A DNA stretch of 64,000 bases from Eubacteriales bacterium (GTDB lineage: Bacteria; Bacillota; Clostridia; Oscillospirales; CAG-272): contig JAZSGX010000057.1 in NCBI GenBank assembly GCA_045532975.1, positions 3,223 through 67,222 on the forward strand, written 5' to 3'. The notes below the pieces were generated by a model. It was given only the letters and a program-made list of their open reading frames with translations, made no database searches and had not been told where the DNA came from. The position numbers and the translations under genes are program-made. Position 1 is the stretch's first letter; the number at the start of each line of letters is the position of its first letter. Shown in pieces: positions 17,856 through 26,919 of the stretch.

Positions 17856-18251
17856 TTAGTGGTGGTGATGTCCGCAATCGCTGCCGCAGGACGAGCAATC
17901 GTGTGAGCAAGGACGCTGACCTGTGATTTGGAATTCAATCTCAGCATTAACCTCGTTCATAAGCTTGTTAACAGCCTCTTGCGCCTCATTAACCATTGCA
18001 AAAACAGGGTTAGATGTAACCTTTTCAACAATTTCGTCAAGGCGGTTTTCAATAGCCTCAATAATCTTTTGGTCAACAGGCTCCTTCTTGTACTCCTCTG
18101 CCAATGCGATTTGCTGAGCGTTGTACTCAAGCATAAGCTTTTGGATGTCCTCATTGCTTTCGTAAGCAACTCTTGCCTCATTCATCTTAGCAATTCTCTC
18201 GTCTGCCTTGATAGCCTGACCGAGCTGTGCTGCAAGTTCCATAATTTCCAT
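17856..18251 (-). CDS. ricA: YmcA/YlbF-family regulator (RicA-like) with Cys/His-rich tail
   Basis: A helical, ComK-regulator-like sequence (LGQAIKADERIAKMNEARVAYESNEDIQKLMLEYN). The miaB-ymcA-mutS-mutL order matches Bacillus subtilis. The C-terminus is PCSHDCSSCGSDCGHHHH. Confidence 0.65.
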   Translation of the reverse strand: MEIMELAAQLGQAIKADERIAKMNEARVAYESNEDIQKLMLEYNAQQIALAEEYKKEPVDQKIIEAIENRLDEIVEKVTSNPVFAMVNEAQEAVNKLMNEVNAEIEFQITGQRPCSHDCSSCGSDCGHHHH

Positions 18252-18289
18252 TGTCTTGTTCTCCTTTGAATTTTATATTTTTTTGAGTT

Positions 18290-19693
18290 TTATATTTTTT
18301 CACCGTACAGAGCAAATGTGTCTGCCCGTGTGATTTTAACATTGATAAAATTGCCTGTGTAATCTTCATCGCACTCGAAGTGGACTATCTTGTTGCCCTC
18401 GGTACGGGAGGTGTACACACCCTCGTTATTTTTGCTTTTGCCGTCAACCAATACACGGATGTTCTTGCCGACGTAGGTTTGATTTATCTCGTTTGCAATT
18501 TCGTTTTGTATGGCGCAAAGACGGTCGTATCTTTCATGCTTGATTTCATCGGGTACCTGCTCCATATCGTATGCGGGAGTACCCTTTCTTGGGGAGTAAA
18601 TGAAGGAAAAAATTGAGTCAAAGCGTACCCTTTTGATAATGTCCACGGTTTGTTCAAAGTCCTCCTCGGTTTCTCCCGGGAAGCCAACTATGATGTCCGT
18701 TGTAAAGGTGACGTCCTTAATTTTGGACTTCAATTCATCTACTATGCCAAGATAACGTGCCTTATCATAATGCCTGTTCATGCTCTTAAGTATCTTATCC
18801 GACCCACTTTGAAGAGGTAAGTGGAAATGCTTGGTGGAGTGGCTGTTATTTGCCAAGGCATCAATCATTTCACTTGACGCATCCTTTGGATGGGAGGTCA
18901 TCAAATGTATCATAAAATCTCCGTCAATTTTGGAAATTTCATTTAGCAAATCTGCAATGGTAGGCTTGTCCTCCAAGTCCTTACCGTAAGAGTTTACGTT
19001 TTGACCAAGCAAGGTTATATCGTGATAGCCACGCTGTGCTAAGCACTTAACCTCTGCCAAAATATCGTCCATTTTGCGGCTGCGCTCACGCCCACGGACG
19101 TAAGGGACAATACAGTATGTGCAGAAATTGTTACAGCCGTACATAATGCTGACCCAAGCCTTATAGTTACTTTCGCGAACTATTTCAAGACCCTCGGCAA
19201 TTTGCGGCTTTTCACTGTCAAGCAAAAATTTGCGCTTGCCCTTGTCCAAAGCATTATTAATAAATTCTGGTAAGCGGTGCATCAAGCTTGTGCCAAAGGC
19301 AAAATCAACATAGTGATAAGAATGTTTAATTTGCTCGCTACGGTGGGGTTGTGCGGTCATACAACCGCAAACACCGATAACAATATCGGGATTTTTCGCC
19401 TTGTAGTGCTTAAATCTACCAATAATTGAAAGCGCACGTCTTTCGGCATGCTCGCGTATAGCACAGGTGTTAACAAGGAGAAAATCAGCCTCCTCCTCAT
19501 TTTCCGTAATAGTGTAGCCAACCTCGCGCAAGGTACCGCGTATCCTCTCACTATCAGCCTCATTTTGCTGACAGCCGAGTGTATACACAAAGGCGCACAA
19601 GCCCTTGCCCATTATTTTTTTGCGAATCTCACTTTTGTGCTTTTCCTGCTCAAAAAGCTCTTTCTCACTAACAAAATTATTTTCGGTAATCAT
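18290..19693 (-). CDS. miaB: tRNA-2-methylthio-N6-dimethylallyladenosine synthase (radical SAM methylthiotransferase)
   Basis: N-terminal cluster region TLGCQQNEADSE, the radical-SAM motif CNNFCTYCIVPYVRG, and a C-terminal TRAM domain. Confidence 0.9.
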   Translation of the reverse strand: MITENNFVSEKELFEQEKHKSEIRKKIMGKGLCAFVYTLGCQQNEADSERIRGTLREVGYTITENEEEADFLLVNTCAIREHAERRALSIIGRFKHYKAKNPDIVIGVCGCMTAQPHRSEQIKHSYHYVDFAFGTSLMHRLPEFINNALDKGKRKFLLDSEKPQIAEGLEIVRESNYKAWVSIMYGCNNFCTYCIVPYVRGRERSRKMDDILAEVKCLAQRGYHDITLLGQNVNSYGKDLEDKPTIADLLNEISKIDGDFMIHLMTSHPKDASSEMIDALANNSHSTKHFHLPLQSGSDKILKSMNRHYDKARYLGIVDELKSKIKDVTFTTDIIVGFPGETEEDFEQTVDIIKRVRFDSIFSFIYSPRKGTPAYDMEQVPDEIKHERYDRLCAIQNEIANEINQTYVGKNIRVLVDGKSKNNEGVYTSRTEGNKIVHFECDEDYTGNFINVKITRADTFALYGEKI

Positions 19694-19931
19694 AAGACTC
19701 CCTTAATATATATTAATCTAATATATTTTATCATATTTACAATAAATATGCAAGTTTTTTTGTCACTCTGCGAAGATTTTTTTGTTTTTTGACTTGAAGG
19801 CTAAAAAAGTGCCAACCTGTGTCGATATTTTTAATTTTTTGCAAAAAAATCCTTGCATTTTAAAAATTCATGTGTTATAATTTAGATGTTAAAGAAATAC
19901 TCTTTAATAATATTTTGAAAAGGAGTTTTTT

Positions 19932-20165
19932 ATGAAGGATTTTATCAAAGCAATTGATGGCTTGTCAGACACTATTAAGATTCTTTTCTGCTTGCCAATT
20001 ATCAACATTGTTTGGGCTATTTATCGTATAGCAAAGAGCGTTGAGGCTAACAACACATTGGGTATTGTTCTCGGTGTTCTCTGGATTTTCGCAGGCGCTA
20101 CAATCCTTTGGATCTTCGATTTAGTATATATGATTATGTACAAGAAGATTTGGTGGATTTGCTAA
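19932..20165 (+). CDS. Small (77 aa) two-TM membrane protein, function unknown
   Basis: AAAGGAG RBS, two hydrophobic segments, and its own terminator. Confidence 0.55.
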   Translation: MKDFIKAIDGLSDTIKILFCLPIINIVWAIYRIAKSVEANNTLGIVLGVLWIFAGATILWIFDLVYMIMYKKIWWIC

Positions 20166-20177
20166 ATTACATATAAC

Positions 20178-20206
20178 AAATGCACGGGTTTTTGCTCGTG
20201 CATTTT
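20178..20206 (+). terminator. Rho-independent terminator
   Basis: Stem aaatgcacg/cgtgcattt followed by a T-run. Confidence 0.6.
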
Positions 20207-20265
20207 ACTTTTTCTTGCATTATCAAAAGTTTTTCAAAAAATCTCGATTTTTTTCTAAAAAGGTC

Positions 20266-20294
20266 TTGACAAACGAGAAACATTTTAGTATAAT
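20266..20294 (+). promoter_or_regulatory. Consensus sigma-A promoter for tRNA-Leu
   Basis: TTGACA, a 17-nt spacer, then TATAAT. The -10 box ends about 40 nt upstream of the tRNA 5' end. Confidence 0.75.
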
Positions 20295-20333
20295 AGTCAA
20301 GCAAGGTTGAGAAACCCCTGCGGAAGTAAATAT

Positions 20334-20417
20334 GCGAGAGTGGCGGAATTGGCAGACGCGCACGTTTGAGGGGCGTGTGATTTGTTCGTACGGGTTCAAG
20401 TCCCGTTTCTCGCACCA
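20334..20417 (+). tRNA. tRNA-Leu (anticodon GAG), CCA encoded
   Basis: Hand-folded: acceptor gcgagag/ttctcgc, anticodon stem cacgt/gcgtg with loop ttGAGgg, a long variable arm, and the T-arm ggttcaagtcc. It ends in ACCA. Confidence 0.9.
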
Positions 20418-20423
20418 AACAAA

Positions 20424-20450
20424 AAGGATGACATTTGTTCATCCTTTTTT
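20424..20450 (+). terminator. Rho-independent terminator after tRNA-Leu
   Basis: Stem aaggatga/tcatcctt followed by TTTTT. Confidence 0.7.
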
Positions 20451-20554
20451 GTTTGATAAGAGAATAAAAACGGGGCTTGAAGGGGAGCGGTAGTGAATGC
20501 CCTTTCGGGGAATGGGCAGAGCCGCGACTGACCGAAGCCCGCAGGCTGAGAACC

Positions 20555-20573
20555 AGTCCCGTTTCTCGCACCA
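20555..20573 (+). repeat. Exact 19-nt duplicate of the tRNA-Leu 3' end (agtcccgtttctcgcacca)
   Basis: Identical to 20399-20417. Similarity continues downstream into the terminator and spacer module. Confidence 0.85.
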
Positions 20574-20577
20574 AAAC

Positions 20578-21043
20578 AAGAAGGACACCTATTTGGTGTC
20601 TTTTTTGTTTTGTAAGATACAATAAATAGGGACTTGAACGCAGCCGTTAAGAAATGTGTCGGGGACACATTTTAGGCGGTGACCGAAGGATTTTTTGAGG
20701 CACTTACTTTAAATACGCACTTATGCCTCAAAAAATTCAAGAGCAAAGTCCCGTTTCTTTTGGGACGTCGAGGCGCCGTCCCCTACAACATAAATTCTGC
20801 ATATACCATCAAGAAGGACACCTGTTTGGTGTCTTTTTTGTTTTGTAAGATACAATAAATAGGGACTTGAACGCAGCCGTTAAGAAATGTGTCGGGGACA
20901 CATTTTAGGCGGTGACCGAAGGATTTTTTGAGGCACTCACTTTAAATACGCACTTATGCCTCAAAAAATTCAAGAGCAAAGTCCCGTTTCTTTCGGGACG
21001 TCGAGGCGCCGTCCCCTACAACATAAATTCTGCATATACCATC
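20578..21043 (+). repeat. 233-bp unit in two exact-register tandem copies (20578-20810, 20811-21043)
   Basis: By hand alignment I count 3 mismatches in 233 bp. Each unit carries a terminator-like hairpin and three further stem-loops. Confidence 0.9.
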
Positions 21044-21071
21044 AAAAAGGACACCGTTTGGTGTCCTTTTT
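21044..21071. terminator. Third copy of the repeat's first hairpin; doubles as terminator of the convergent DegV gene
   Basis: Stem aaggacacc/ggtgtcctt flanked by an A-run and a T-run. Confidence 0.7.
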
Positions 21072-21077
21072 ACGTTA

Positions 21078-21977
21078 TTATTTCGCCTTGGAGTCAAGGG
21101 TAACCTTTGTTCCGTAATAGAAAATACCGAACATACCGGGACCAACGGATGCGCCCATTACGGCATTTACGTTACCAATGTGTATATCGCTTTCCTTGAT
21201 TGGGAAGCGCTTTAAAATCTCGTCCTTTAAAGCCAAGGCTTCACCCTCACAAACAGTGTGGTGAATAAATACGTATGGGCAAATTTCGGGCTTGAAATGC
21301 TCCGCCATATATTCAAGAGAGCGCGCAATTGATGCTTTTCTGCCCTTAACCTTTTCAACCGCAACATTACAACCGTGAATATCGGAAATGATAATCGGCT
21401 TAATGTTCAAAATGCCACCGAAAAACGCACCCACTGCAGAAACACGTCCTGCGCGCTTTAGGTAAGTTAAGCTCTCAACACTGCCAACCTGGTGTATAAA
21501 TAGCTTGTTTTCCTCTACCCAAGCTGCAACCTCGTCTATGGTTTTACCCTCAGCGCGAAGCTCTGATGCTCTTGTACAAAGAAGTGCTAGTCCGCCACTG
21601 GAAATTTTAGCATCAATAGTGATAATCTTCCTGTCAGGATACTTTTCCTGCATTTTATCTCTTGTATTTGCGCACACGTTTGCTGTGCTTGAAAGAGCGG
21701 CAGGACAAGATAAGCAAAGAACGTCATATCCCTCTTTCAAAAATTTCTCAAACATCTCAGCGCAGGCAAGCTTGGAAATTTGCGAGGTGGTTATACGGTT
21801 GCCCTCGCGCAAATAACCGTAAAACTCCTCTAATGAAAGAGTCTTCCAATCGGTATCATCCTTATATTCCTCGCCTTTATAATAAAAGCGATTGGGAATG
21901 TAGTGTACGTCGTACCTTTCACGTAAAGCCTCATCGAAGTCACTGCTTGAGTCGGTTATAATGACAAATTTTTCCAT
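21078..21977 (-). CDS. DegV-family fatty-acid-binding protein (FakB-like)
   Basis: N-terminal IITDSSSD motif and DegV length (299 aa). Confidence 0.85.
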   Translation of the reverse strand: MEKFVIITDSSSDFDEALRERYDVHYIPNRFYYKGEEYKDDTDWKTLSLEEFYGYLREGNRITTSQISKLACAEMFEKFLKEGYDVLCLSCPAALSSTANVCANTRDKMQEKYPDRKIITIDAKISSGGLALLCTRASELRAEGKTIDEVAAWVEENKLFIHQVGSVESLTYLKRAGRVSAVGAFFGGILNIKPIIISDIHGCNVAVEKVKGRKASIARSLEYMAEHFKPEICPYVFIHHTVCEGEALALKDEILKRFPIKESDIHIGNVNAVMGASVGPGMFGIFYYGTKVTLDSKAK

Positions 21978-22148
21978 AATACTCTTCCTTTTTACAATTT
22001 ATTCATATATTTAATGTACCATATATTGCTCCGTTTGTCAAGTGTTGTATAGGTATTATAAGCTATTCTCTTCATTAATATATAATAAAGCCCGCCCTTG
22101 AAACAACCCAAAATTCAAAGGCGGGGATTATTAAAAAATTAAGATTTA

Positions 22149-22511
22149 TTACTTACTTTCAACAGTTGCGCTGTCTATTGTTTCGCTACCTGATGTAGAA
22201 TTGTCAGCGGTTGCATTTGAGCTACTTGTCACAGTGCTGCTTGACGTTGTTGTAGAAGGCTTGCTGTCTACCGTGCTGCTCTTGTCCGAGGAGCTAACAT
22301 TTACAACAGGCTTTGAGCTTGACTCACTGTCGTGGTCGTGTGGGTCAACGAATGTTAAAATGATGTATGCAATCATTGTTACCAAAAGACCGATAACCAT
22401 AAACAAAGCCATAACAAGGACAAAAATTCTTGTGCCCTTGCTATGTGTTGGGGTGAAATCGGATTTTGGTTTTTGGTAGCTGCTCTTCTTACGTTTCTTG
22501 TTGTTTGCCAT
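22149..22511 (-). CDS. Small single-pass membrane protein with Ser/Thr-rich exterior tail
   Basis: AGGAGAG RBS, a basic N-terminus (MANNKKRKKSSYQKPK), one TM segment, and a low-complexity S/T tail. Confidence 0.5.
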   Translation of the reverse strand: MANNKKRKKSSYQKPKSDFTPTHSKGTRIFVLVMALFMVIGLLVTMIAYIILTFVDPHDHDSESSSKPVVNVSSSDKSSTVDSKPSTTTSSSTVTSSSNATADNSTSGSETIDSATVESK

Positions 22512-22528
22512 TTTTAATACTCTCCTAA

Positions 22529-24772
22529 TTATTTGATTTTCAGTTGTCTGGACCTTATATCCTTATCAAGCATTAAAACACCCGTTGCGGGAATTTTCAA
22601 TTTCCTGTAATTGGAGTTTGCTTCGGGATACTTTGATTCATAGTCCTTGATTACTTGGGTTATTTTTTGATTTTTCTTAAGATTCATAGCAAAGACAATT
22701 GTGCCCATTGACGTCCTGGTTGTTTTTATCGGAATCAATGACGGGCGTACAAGAATTGCCTTGTGCTCCGAATTAATAAGCATAATGTAGTTGTCGTCCT
22801 CTTCATAGATTACACTGACAACAGGGGAAGCGTCCGAAAATGCTTTTTTGAGCTTTTTGCGGTTGCCCTGTGTTGCGTATTGATCCATTGGGACACGCAC
22901 CGCTTTACCGTTTTCAAAGAAGAAAATAACTCTGTTTTCCTCGGTAAAGACGGGATTTATTTTCATTGAAATTACACGCTCATCGGGGTCAAAATTGAGC
23001 TTTTTGGGAACGTATATACCAATATCCGATGCCTTGGTAAGCTCAAAGTCCGACATCTTGGCAAAGTAAAGCTGAGCCTTGTCGGTAAAGAAGATAACCT
23101 CATCCTTGTTGCTGATTTCGCACTCGAGAACAATCTCGTCCTCCTCCTTCAGCTTTTGCTCTGCGTTGCCGCGAAGTGATTGTTGTGTAATTTTCTTTAA
23201 ATATCCGTCCTTTGTAAAGAACAAGAATGCTTGATAATCCTCAATCATAATTTCCTTATCAAAGGTTTTTATCTCGGTTGCTTCAATAATATCAGTGCGC
23301 CTTGGCTGACCGTATTTTTTCTTGATAGCCGTTAGCTGCTTAATGATGTATTGCTTCATTTTGATTTCGTCATATAAAAGGTCTGTAAGCTCCGCAATTT
23401 CCTCATCAAGTGCCATTATTTCCTCAATGCGGTTGGCTATGTACTCGCGGTTTAAGTGACGCAATTTGATTTCTGCTATATACTCTGCCTGGTCCTTGTC
23501 AATATCAAAGCCTACCATCAGGTTTGGTACAACGTCGCAGTCCTTTTCGGTGTCACGAACAATGCTTATTGCTTTGTCAATGTCAAGAAGAATTTTTCTA
23601 AGACCTCGGAGAAGGTGGCGCTTTGCCTTTTTCTTTTCCAAGTCAAAATAGAACTCACGTCTTAAGCAACCTGTCCTAAATCTAATCCACTCAACTAAAA
23701 TTTCCTTAACGCCAAGCTGCTTCGGTACACCGTCAATCAGCACGTTAAAGTTACAAGCAAAGCTGTCCTCAAGAGGTGTAAACTTGTAAAGCTTTTGCAT
23801 AACCGCGTCGGGGTCAGAGCCTTTTTTAAGGTCGATGGCTAATTTAAAGCCGTCCTTGTCAATTTCATCTCTTACCTCGGTTATTTCCTTAACCTTGCCC
23901 TCTTTTACCAAATCAAGAATTTCCTTCTTGATAGCCTCAATGGACGTGGAGTAGGGTATTTCTATAACCTCGATACAGTTTTCCGTTTCGTCGTAAACAT
24001 ATTTTGCGCGTATTTTCACAGGGCCTTTGCCTGTTTCATACACCTTTCTCATTTGCTCTCTGTCATAGACAACTGAGCCACCACCGGGAAAGTCGGGCGC
24101 TATCATTATGTCAAGGAGCTTGTCAGTATCTATCCTTGGTGAGCGCAAAATTGCAATTGTAGCATCGCACACCTCGGCCAAGTTAAATGAACAAATTGAG
24201 GAAGCAAGACCAACCGCAATACCTAAGTTTGGTGACACAAGCACGTTAGGGAAGGATGTTGGCAACAAGCGTGGCTCCTTCATTGTGCTGTCGTAGTTAT
24301 CCACCATTTCAACGGCGTTTTTATCAATTCCGTTAAAAATTTCCTGGCAGAAGGGGTCTAATTTTGCCTCTGTATATCTTGAAGCGGCAAATGCCATATC
24401 TCGGCTGTACTGCTTACCGAATGAGCCCTTTGAGTCAACAAACGGGTGCAAAAGCGACGCGTTACCGCGAGTTAAACGAACCATCGTTTCATAAATTGCC
24501 ATATCACCGTGTGGGTTTAGCTTCATAGTTTCACCAACAATGTTGGCGCTCTTTGTCCTGTGACCCGTCATCAAGCCCATTTTATACATTGTATAAAGAA
24601 GCTTTCGGTGTGATGGCTTAAAGCCGTCAATTTCGGGAATAGCACGGGACACCATAACGCTTACCGCGTATGGCATATAGTTGGATTCAATAGTTTCCGT
24701 AATGGGCTGATATATAGGCTCGCTTTCAACGTAAAACTCTTTTTTAATCTGCTTTTTCTTAGCCTTCGCCAT
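22529..24772 (-). CDS. Type IIA topoisomerase subunit A (ParC/GyrA-like)
   Basis: Motif DGFKPSHRKLLY and the active-site region AASRYTEAKL. I saw no GyrA-box (QRRGGKG). Confidence 0.8.
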   Translation of the reverse strand: MAKAKKKQIKKEFYVESEPIYQPITETIESNYMPYAVSVMVSRAIPEIDGFKPSHRKLLYTMYKMGLMTGHRTKSANIVGETMKLNPHGDMAIYETMVRLTRGNASLLHPFVDSKGSFGKQYSRDMAFAASRYTEAKLDPFCQEIFNGIDKNAVEMVDNYDSTMKEPRLLPTSFPNVLVSPNLGIAVGLASSICSFNLAEVCDATIAILRSPRIDTDKLLDIMIAPDFPGGGSVVYDREQMRKVYETGKGPVKIRAKYVYDETENCIEVIEIPYSTSIEAIKKEILDLVKEGKVKEITEVRDEIDKDGFKLAIDLKKGSDPDAVMQKLYKFTPLEDSFACNFNVLIDGVPKQLGVKEILVEWIRFRTGCLRREFYFDLEKKKAKRHLLRGLRKILLDIDKAISIVRDTEKDCDVVPNLMVGFDIDKDQAEYIAEIKLRHLNREYIANRIEEIMALDEEIAELTDLLYDEIKMKQYIIKQLTAIKKKYGQPRRTDIIEATEIKTFDKEIMIEDYQAFLFFTKDGYLKKITQQSLRGNAEQKLKEEDEIVLECEISNKDEVIFFTDKAQLYFAKMSDFELTKASDIGIYVPKKLNFDPDERVISMKINPVFTEENRVIFFFENGKAVRVPMDQYATQGNRKKLKKAFSDASPVVSVIYEEDDNYIMLINSEHKAILVRPSLIPIKTTRTSMGTIVFAMNLKKNQKITQVIKDYESKYPEANSNYRKLKIPATGVLMLDKDIRSRQLKIK

Positions 24773-25817
24773 GTATTCCTCCTTCTTTCAAGCGACTAAT
24801 CACACGGTGCGCACAGGCACGTATCATCCTGTTGTATATAGCTAAGGACTCGCCTTCGTCCTGTGGAAGATGGGCATAAATAGTATCTACCCCCAGCTTG
24901 TCCGCCTCTCTTAGCAGAATGAACAGATTTTTCGTTTGATTTTTTATATCCTTTTCGTCACCCACAGGCAACAAATTTTTATTTTCCAAAAGCGGTACTT
25001 CCTCGTTATAGCACATCACTGCGCAGTTCTCGTCTTTCTGCTTTTGTTTAGCAAGCTCTATAAAGCTGACATTTTTATCATCAACCAAATAAAGATTGGC
25101 TTTTGGGGCGTAATGCTTATATTTCATCCCCGGGGACAAGGGTGTTTCCCCTGCCTTCAATTCTTCCTTCACAGCACCTGCAATACTAACCTGTGGACAC
25201 ACGGTTTTAAGCATCTCCACAGTGACAGCGCCGGGGCGGAGCAATATAATCTCATCGTCTGTTATCTTAACGACGGTAGACTCAACTCCAACATCACACG
25301 CACCACCGTCAAGAATCAACGGTATTTTACCGTTCATATCGTCTAAAACGTGACTCGCGGTTGTGGGGCTTGGCTTACCTGAGCTGTTGGCACTTGGTGC
25401 GGCTATGGGTATTCCTGCAATTTTAATAAGTTCATTTGCAACGGGGTGCATAGGGCAACGCACAGCAACACTGTCAAGCCCTGCGGTAACCTCATTTGGT
25501 ATAATTTCTTTTTTAGGTAAAATCACTGTTAAGGGACCCGGCATAAATTTTTCTGCCAAGGAATAGTAGAGAGAATTTGTGTAGGCAATATTTTCTGCAT
25601 CGCGTGGGTCAGATATATGAACTATTAAAGGATTGTCGCTGGGTCTGCCCTTTGCTTCAAAAATACGCAGACAAGCTTTCCCATCAAGGGCGTTTGCCCC
25701 CAAGCCATATACAGTTTCCGTAGGAATTGCCACCAAGGAGCCGTTTTTCAAAAGCTCAGCCGCCTTTTCAAGTATGGCTTGGCTATCCTTATCTACCCAA
25801 AAAATCTCCGTTACCAT
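24759..25817 (-). CDS. tsaC: L-threonylcarbamoyladenylate synthase (Sua5/YwlC type, with C-terminal Sua5 domain)
   Basis: Motifs PTETVYGLGANA and SANSSGKPSPT, in a 352-aa long form. Confidence 0.9.
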   Translation of the reverse strand: MVTEIFWVDKDSQAILEKAAELLKNGSLVAIPTETVYGLGANALDGKACLRIFEAKGRPSDNPLIVHISDPRDAENIAYTNSLYYSLAEKFMPGPLTVILPKKEIIPNEVTAGLDSVAVRCPMHPVANELIKIAGIPIAAPSANSSGKPSPTTASHVLDDMNGKIPLILDGGACDVGVESTVVKITDDEIILLRPGAVTVEMLKTVCPQVSIAGAVKEELKAGETPLSPGMKYKHYAPKANLYLVDDKNVSFIELAKQKQKDENCAVMCYNEEVPLLENKNLLPVGDEKDIKNQTKNLFILLREADKLGVDTIYAHLPQDEGESLAIYNRMIRACAHRVISRLKEGGIHGEG

Positions 25818-25830
25818 TTTAAATATTCCC

Positions 25831-26898
25831 TTACTCTTGTGATCCCTTTAGCTTTTCTGCCGCATCGGCAGTTGCAAGCTTATCAAGCATCTCTCCGATG
25901 TCACCGTTCAAAAAGGCTTCAAGGGAGTAAATTGTAAAGCCTATTCTATGGTCGGTAACTCTGCTTTGCTGATAGTTGTAGGTTCTTATCTTTTCGCTTC
26001 TGTCACCTGTACCAACCTGGCTCTTACGCTCAGATGCTATTTTATCGTTCTGCTCACGAACCTTAATGTCGTAAAGCTTGGTTCTTAAAATTTTAAACGC
26101 CTTGTCCTTGTTCTTGAACTGGCTACGCTCGTCCTGGCACTCAACAACAATGCCTGTTGGCTTGTGAATAAGACGAATGGCACTCTCGGTTTTATTAACG
26201 TGCTGTCCGCCCGCGCCGCTTGACTTACAGGTTTCAACAATAACGTCACCCATATTAAGCTCAACCTCAACGTCCTCTGCCTCGGGAAGCACCGCAACAG
26301 TTGCGGTTGATGTCTGTACTCTTCCCTGCGCCTCAGTTTCAGGCACTCTTTGTACACGGTGAACGCCGCTTTCAAATTTAAAGCGAGAATATGCACCCTC
26401 ACCCGAAATCATAAAGGTAACCTCTTTAAAGCCCTTTAGTCCCGTTTCGTTAGCGCCTGTCAGCTCAAACTTAAATCCGTTTGCCTGTGCGTACATTGAG
26501 TACATACGGTAAAGGTCATAGGCAAACAAAGCCGCCTCCTCACCGCCTGCACCAGCACGAATTTCAACAACTACGTTTTTGTCGTCATTGGGGTCCTTTG
26601 GAATGAGCAAAAGCTTAAGCTCCTCCTCGATAACCTCAATTCTTTCCTTGCACTCCTTATACTCCTCAAGAGCTAAGTCGTACATTTCTCCGCTTTCCTC
26701 CTCCATCAAGAGCTTAGCGCCCTCCATGTCGTCGGTGGTTTTCTTATATTCACGATATTTTTCAATAACAGGGGTAAGGTTTTTATACTCCTTCATAAGC
26801 TTGGTAAATTCCTGCTGGTTTGACACCGTTTCGGGATTGGCAAGCTCCTCTTCAAGAGCTAAAAACCTCTTTTCTGCCTCGTTTAATTTATTGAACAT
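25831..26898 (-). CDS. prfA: Peptide chain release factor 1
   Basis: GGQ motif (GAGGQHVNKTESAIR) and the RF1-type PxT tripeptide (RVQRVPETEAQGR). Confidence 0.95.
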   Translation of the reverse strand: MFNKLNEAEKRFLALEEELANPETVSNQQEFTKLMKEYKNLTPVIEKYREYKKTTDDMEGAKLLMEEESGEMYDLALEEYKECKERIEVIEEELKLLLIPKDPNDDKNVVVEIRAGAGGEEAALFAYDLYRMYSMYAQANGFKFELTGANETGLKGFKEVTFMISGEGAYSRFKFESGVHRVQRVPETEAQGRVQTSTATVAVLPEAEDVEVELNMGDVIVETCKSSGAGGQHVNKTESAIRLIHKPTGIVVECQDERSQFKNKDKAFKILRTKLYDIKVREQNDKIASERKSQVGTGDRSEKIRTYNYQQSRVTDHRIGFTIYSLEAFLNGDIGEMLDKLATADAAEKLKGSQE

Positions 26899-26919
26899 AT
26901 ATTTTCCTTGTTATAAGCT

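Noticed and set aside
20451-20573. A possible second (pseudo-)tRNA or tmRNA-like gene ending in ...agtcccgtttctcgcacca.
   Set aside because: Only the last 19 nt match the tRNA. I could not find a 5' segment able to pair with the acceptor 3' strand, and there is no D or anticodon arm. It is treated as a duplicated 3' end rather than an RNA gene.
20167-20668. 151-aa and 90-aa minus-strand ORFs across the tRNA-Leu region.
   Set aside because: They are reverse translations of the tRNA (VRETGLEPVR-type peptide) and of the duplicated tRNA 3' end and repeats. They have no RBS.
20578-21071. Tandem repeats considered as a CRISPR array.
   Set aside because: The period is 233 bp, the units are near-identical throughout with no unique spacers, and there are no cas genes. 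This is not CRISPR architecture.
20912-21145. 63-aa ORFs on both strands inside the 233-bp repeat.
   Set aside because: They use GTG or weak starts without an SD sequence. They run through hairpins and terminators and are duplicated only because the DNA unit is duplicated.
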